From Bacteroidales bacterium (GTDB taxonomy: Bacteria > Bacteroidota > Bacteroidia > Bacteroidales > UBA10428), in assembly GCA_016935355.1 (NCBI GenBank), contig JAFGRC010000024.1, positions 2,795-66,794 of the forward strand: a DNA stretch of 64,000 nt. The letters are read 5' to 3'. Shown here piece by piece: positions 61,005 to 64,000 of the stretch. The notes below the pieces were generated by a model. That model was given only the letters and a program-made list of their open reading frames with translations, was not told where the DNA came from and searched no databases. Made by a program: the position numbers and the translations under genes. Positions within the stretch are counted from its first letter, which is position 1. Every line of letters begins with the position of its first letter.

Positions 61005-63152
61005 ATGTCACGGAAAATCATCCTGTTCATCATTGGCATCCTGTTTACAGCCAATTTCTTCGTCACAGCTCAAAAAAATCTTTCCATTGAAGATTGCGTA
61101 ACCGGATACGCATCTTACCTCAGGCCTGCGGACCTGGAAAAGATATCATGGCGGCCGGCAACCTGCAACTTCACCTATGTCGAAGCGGAAAAACTGGTAC
61201 AGGTACCGGCAACCGGAAGCAAAGCGGATCAACTGACCGATCTGCAAAAACTCAATGCCTGTTTGTCGGAACGGAATATGGGACCGTTTTCCACTTTTCC
61301 CGACCATCACTGGATCAATGAACATGAAATATTGTTTAACGACAATGTGCTGTTTATCTGGTACAACATTGATGAGCAAAAGATCAATAAAGCAACCCGA
61401 TTGGCAGACCAGGCAGAAAACATAGATTTCAGTCCATCCTGCGATCATATTGCCTATACCGTTGAAAATAATCTGTTTGTTGCTGATCCGGAAGGTAAAA
61501 TTTACTCAGTCAGCATCAGCCGGGACAGGTCAATTGTCAGCGGACAGACTGTGCACAGAAATGAATTCGGGATTTCAAAAGGTACTTTCTGGAGTCCGGG
61601 AGGAAATGTTCTCGCTTTCTATGTTAAGGATGAAACAGATGTTAGCGATTATCCCCTGGTGGATGTTACGGAAAGCGTGGCCGCGCTGCAGCAAATCAAA
61701 TATCCTATGGCAGGAATGCAAAGTGAAAAAGTAAAAGTGGGGATTTATCATATGGAAAGCCATACATCTGTATTTCTTGACACGGGAGATCCCGACGATC
61801 ATTACCTGACCAACATTGCATGGAGTCCCGATGAAAAATACATTTATCTGGCTGAACTGAACCGTGACCAGAATCATTTAAGGATGAATCAGTACAGTGC
61901 TGAAGACGGTTCTTTTGTTACCACCATTTTTGAAGAAAAAGATCCCATGTATGTTAATCCCCTGCATCCAATAGTATTCGTGCCAGGCAAACCGGATCAG
62001 TTCCTCTGGCAAAGCAGAAAAGACGGATACAATCATCTTTATCTGTATCACCTAAACGGTACCATGTTGAAGCAAGTTACGAACGGTAAATGGGAAGTAC
62101 TGACGTTCTATGGTTTCAGCCAATCGGGTGGTGAGGTATTCTTTATTGCAAATAAGGACGGAGTGTTGAATGAAATGCTTTACAGGGCAACCCTGTCAGG
62201 CGAAGATGTACATGTCGTTACTCCTGAACCGGGAGTGCATGAGGTCATGTTAAATACCACCGGAGATCTCATCATTGACAGGTTTTCCAGTACCACCGTT
62301 CCAAACACCATTCAAATCAGAAACGGAAATGGTAAGCTGGTCAACCTTGTCCTGAAAGCCGGCAATCCATTGAAGGAATATGCCCTGGCAACCATTGAGG
62401 ATGGAACCATCCGTGCAGCAGACGATACCACAGAGCTGCACTACAGGCTTTTCATACCAAATCAGATGGTCCCGGGACAAAAATACCCGGCTGTTGTTTA
62501 TGTGTACAACGGACCTCTGAATCAGCTGATCAAAAATACATGGATAAACCGTACGGAACTCTGGCTGCATTATATGGCAAATCAGGGCTATGCCGGATTT
62601 ATTCTGGACGGTCGCGGATCGGCCAACAGGGGCAGGGATTTTGAGCAGGTTATTTTCAGATCGCTGGGAACTCATGAAATGAAAGACCAGATCAAAGGCG
62701 TGGAATTCCTCAGATCGCTTGAATTTATTGATCCCGGAAGAATCGGTGTCTACGGTTGGAGTTACGGCGGTTTTATGACGATTTCCTTAATGACATCATA
62801 TCCGGAGGTATTCAGGACGGGTGTTGCCGGGGGACCGGTGACGGACTGGAAATACTATGAGGTAATGTACGGAGAACGTTATATGGATACACCGGACACC
62901 AATCCCGAAGGCTATGCCGGAACGAGCGTATTGAACAAGGTGCAAAACCTTAAAGGTAATCTGCTTGTCATTCACGGTGCCATGGACCCTGTGGTTGTCT
63001 GGCAGCACAGTCTGATGCTGCTCAGGAAATGTGTGGAGGAAAATGTCCTCGTCGATTACTTTGTGTACCCCACCCATGAGCACAATGTTACAGGCACCGA
63101 CCGGGTGCATCTGATGCGGAAAGTGACGGATTATTTTGTAAAAAATCTGTAA
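61005..63152 (+). CDS. S9B dipeptidyl/prolyl tripeptidyl peptidase (DPP-IV family)
   Basis: Signal peptide, HRNEFGI, GWSYGG, DPVV, HEH. Confidence 0.93.
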   Translation: MSRKIILFIIGILFTANFFVTAQKNLSIEDCVTGYASYLRPADLEKISWRPATCNFTYVEAEKLVQVPATGSKADQLTDLQKLNACLSERNMGPFSTFPDHHWINEHEILFNDNVLFIWYNIDEQKINKATRLADQAENIDFSPSCDHIAYTVENNLFVADPEGKIYSVSISRDRSIVSGQTVHRNEFGISKGTFWSPGGNVLAFYVKDETDVSDYPLVDVTESVAALQQIKYPMAGMQSEKVKVGIYHMESHTSVFLDTGDPDDHYLTNIAWSPDEKYIYLAELNRDQNHLRMNQYSAEDGSFVTTIFEEKDPMYVNPLHPIVFVPGKPDQFLWQSRKDGYNHLYLYHLNGTMLKQVTNGKWEVLTFYGFSQSGGEVFFIANKDGVLNEMLYRATLSGEDVHVVTPEPGVHEVMLNTTGDLIIDRFSSTTVPNTIQIRNGNGKLVNLVLKAGNPLKEYALATIEDGTIRAADDTTELHYRLFIPNQMVPGQKYPAVVYVYNGPLNQLIKNTWINRTELWLHYMANQGYAGFILDGRGSANRGRDFEQVIFRSLGTHEMKDQIKGVEFLRSLEFIDPGRIGVYGWSYGGFMTISLMTSYPEVFRTGVAGGPVTDWKYYEVMYGERYMDTPDTNPEGYAGTSVLNKVQNLKGNLLVIHGAMDPVVVWQHSLMLLRKCVEENVLVDYFVYPTHEHNVTGTDRVHLMRKVTDYFVKNL

Positions 63153-63161
63153 AAATAACGA

Positions 63162-64000
63162 TCAGATTATTATTTCCTCATTTGCAGCATCCCAGAATAT
63201 TTGCCTGTTGTTCCTGTAAGCCAGTGTTCCCATATGTGCCGTCATGGCTTCCTCAAAAGCCTCGTCTATATTGCAGCTTGGAACTTTATTCGTGCGTACG
63301 CAATCGATCCATTCCTTAAGATGCAGATGCGTGGTATCGACCTCCAATCCATTTCTTACTGTAGTCAGGAGTCCTCTTGCAGCAAAATAATCAGCTGTTG
63401 CAGATGAGATACCATCCACTCCTCCTGCAAGTCCGGGAGTAAAAATGTATATGGGTTCAGCCGTATCGATTTCTCCGTTCTGGATTTTTTCGGCATATTT
63501 TGTCGAATTCTGATCGGCAAATATCTGCAGGGAGCGTCCGATATCCATGTATCCGTCATGACCCATGATCTTCTTACCCCTGTCCATTGAGCTTGCAAGT
63601 GTCGCACTGTACATAAAAGACAGGTTTCGGTTGGGATACTCGAACTGAGTCGTCAAAACATCAGGAACAGTGCGCCCGTCCTTAAAGAAATAAACCCCTC
63701 CTGAAGAAACGGCGGATGACGGGATCCCCAGATCCAGGATCTGGTTCAGGGCATCATATTCATGGGTGAGCAGGTCACCTGACAATCCGGTACTGTAATC
63801 CCACCAGCACCTCCAGCGGAAGAATCTTTCCAGACTGAAATCATGCCAGGGTGCGGGACCGATAAACTGTTCCCAGTCAATGGTTTCCTCACTGGCATCT
63901 TCGTGTATCGGATAAACCCAGGCCCCGTTGCCAGAATTCCGGTTTGTCGTGACCTCGATCAGATTCACCCTGCCGACAATTCCTTTCTCATATGCTTCTT
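63162..64000 (-). CDS. Gfo/Idh/MocA oxidoreductase, C-terminal part (start outside window)
   Basis: DWEQFIGPAP, WRCWWDYSTG.SGDL..H, GRTVPD. Confidence 0.85.
   Translation of the reverse strand, partial: EAYEKGIVGRVNLIEVTTNRNSGNGAWVYPIHEDASEETIDWEQFIGPAPWHDFSLERFFRWRCWWDYSTGLSGDLLTHEYDALNQILDLGIPSSAVSSGGVYFFKDGRTVPDVLTTQFEYPNRNLSFMYSATLASSMDRGKKIMGHDGYMDIGRSLQIFADQNSTKYAEKIQNGEIDTAEPIYIFTPGLAGGVDGISSATADYFAARGLLTTVRNGLEVDTTHLHLKEWIDCVRTNKVPSCNIDEAFEEAMTAHMGTLAYRNNRQIFWDAANEEIII

Overview
Window from an anaerobic Bacteroidota (probably Bacteroidales) chromosome, judged from TAnnTTTG -7 promoter boxes, TonB receptors, NfnAB/gdhA and S9 peptidase. All family assignments are from motifs read by eye; no database searches were run. 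(1) 1-7850 is the right end of a phage-satellite-like element ending in a 3' tRNA-Pro(TGG) att fragment. Its genes are co-oriented: tyrosine integrase, excisionase-like HTH, replication initiator with iterons, TWO HK97-type prohead proteases, a cos-like G-run and a P27-type small terminase followed directly by a tail-like gene. No TerL, portal or capsid gene lies in this span. (2) About 7.9-9.9 kb is a decayed older island of pseudogenes at the same tRNA site. (3) 10-16 kb holds metabolic and small regulatory genes. (4) 16.4-30.5 kb is a metal/Fe-S cluster (DUF5320 x2, NifX-like x2, MinD-ferredoxin ATPases x2, radical SAMs, def, transporter, TonB receptor with a His-rich RAPP leader, DUF134) linked by a shared TGAAC-N4-GTTCA palindrome. 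(5) 30.6-37.3 kb is a NikR-controlled TonB/ABC uptake operon ending in a TrmO-FmdE fusion. (6) 38-47.3 kb is nfnAB - giant GAF-repeat/receiver/dikinase-like protein - Asp-less NarL regulator - gdhA. (7) 47.5-64 kb holds mlaEFD, permeases, duplicated lipoprotein O-methyltransferases, LytS/LytTR, a B12 radical SAM and a DPP-IV.
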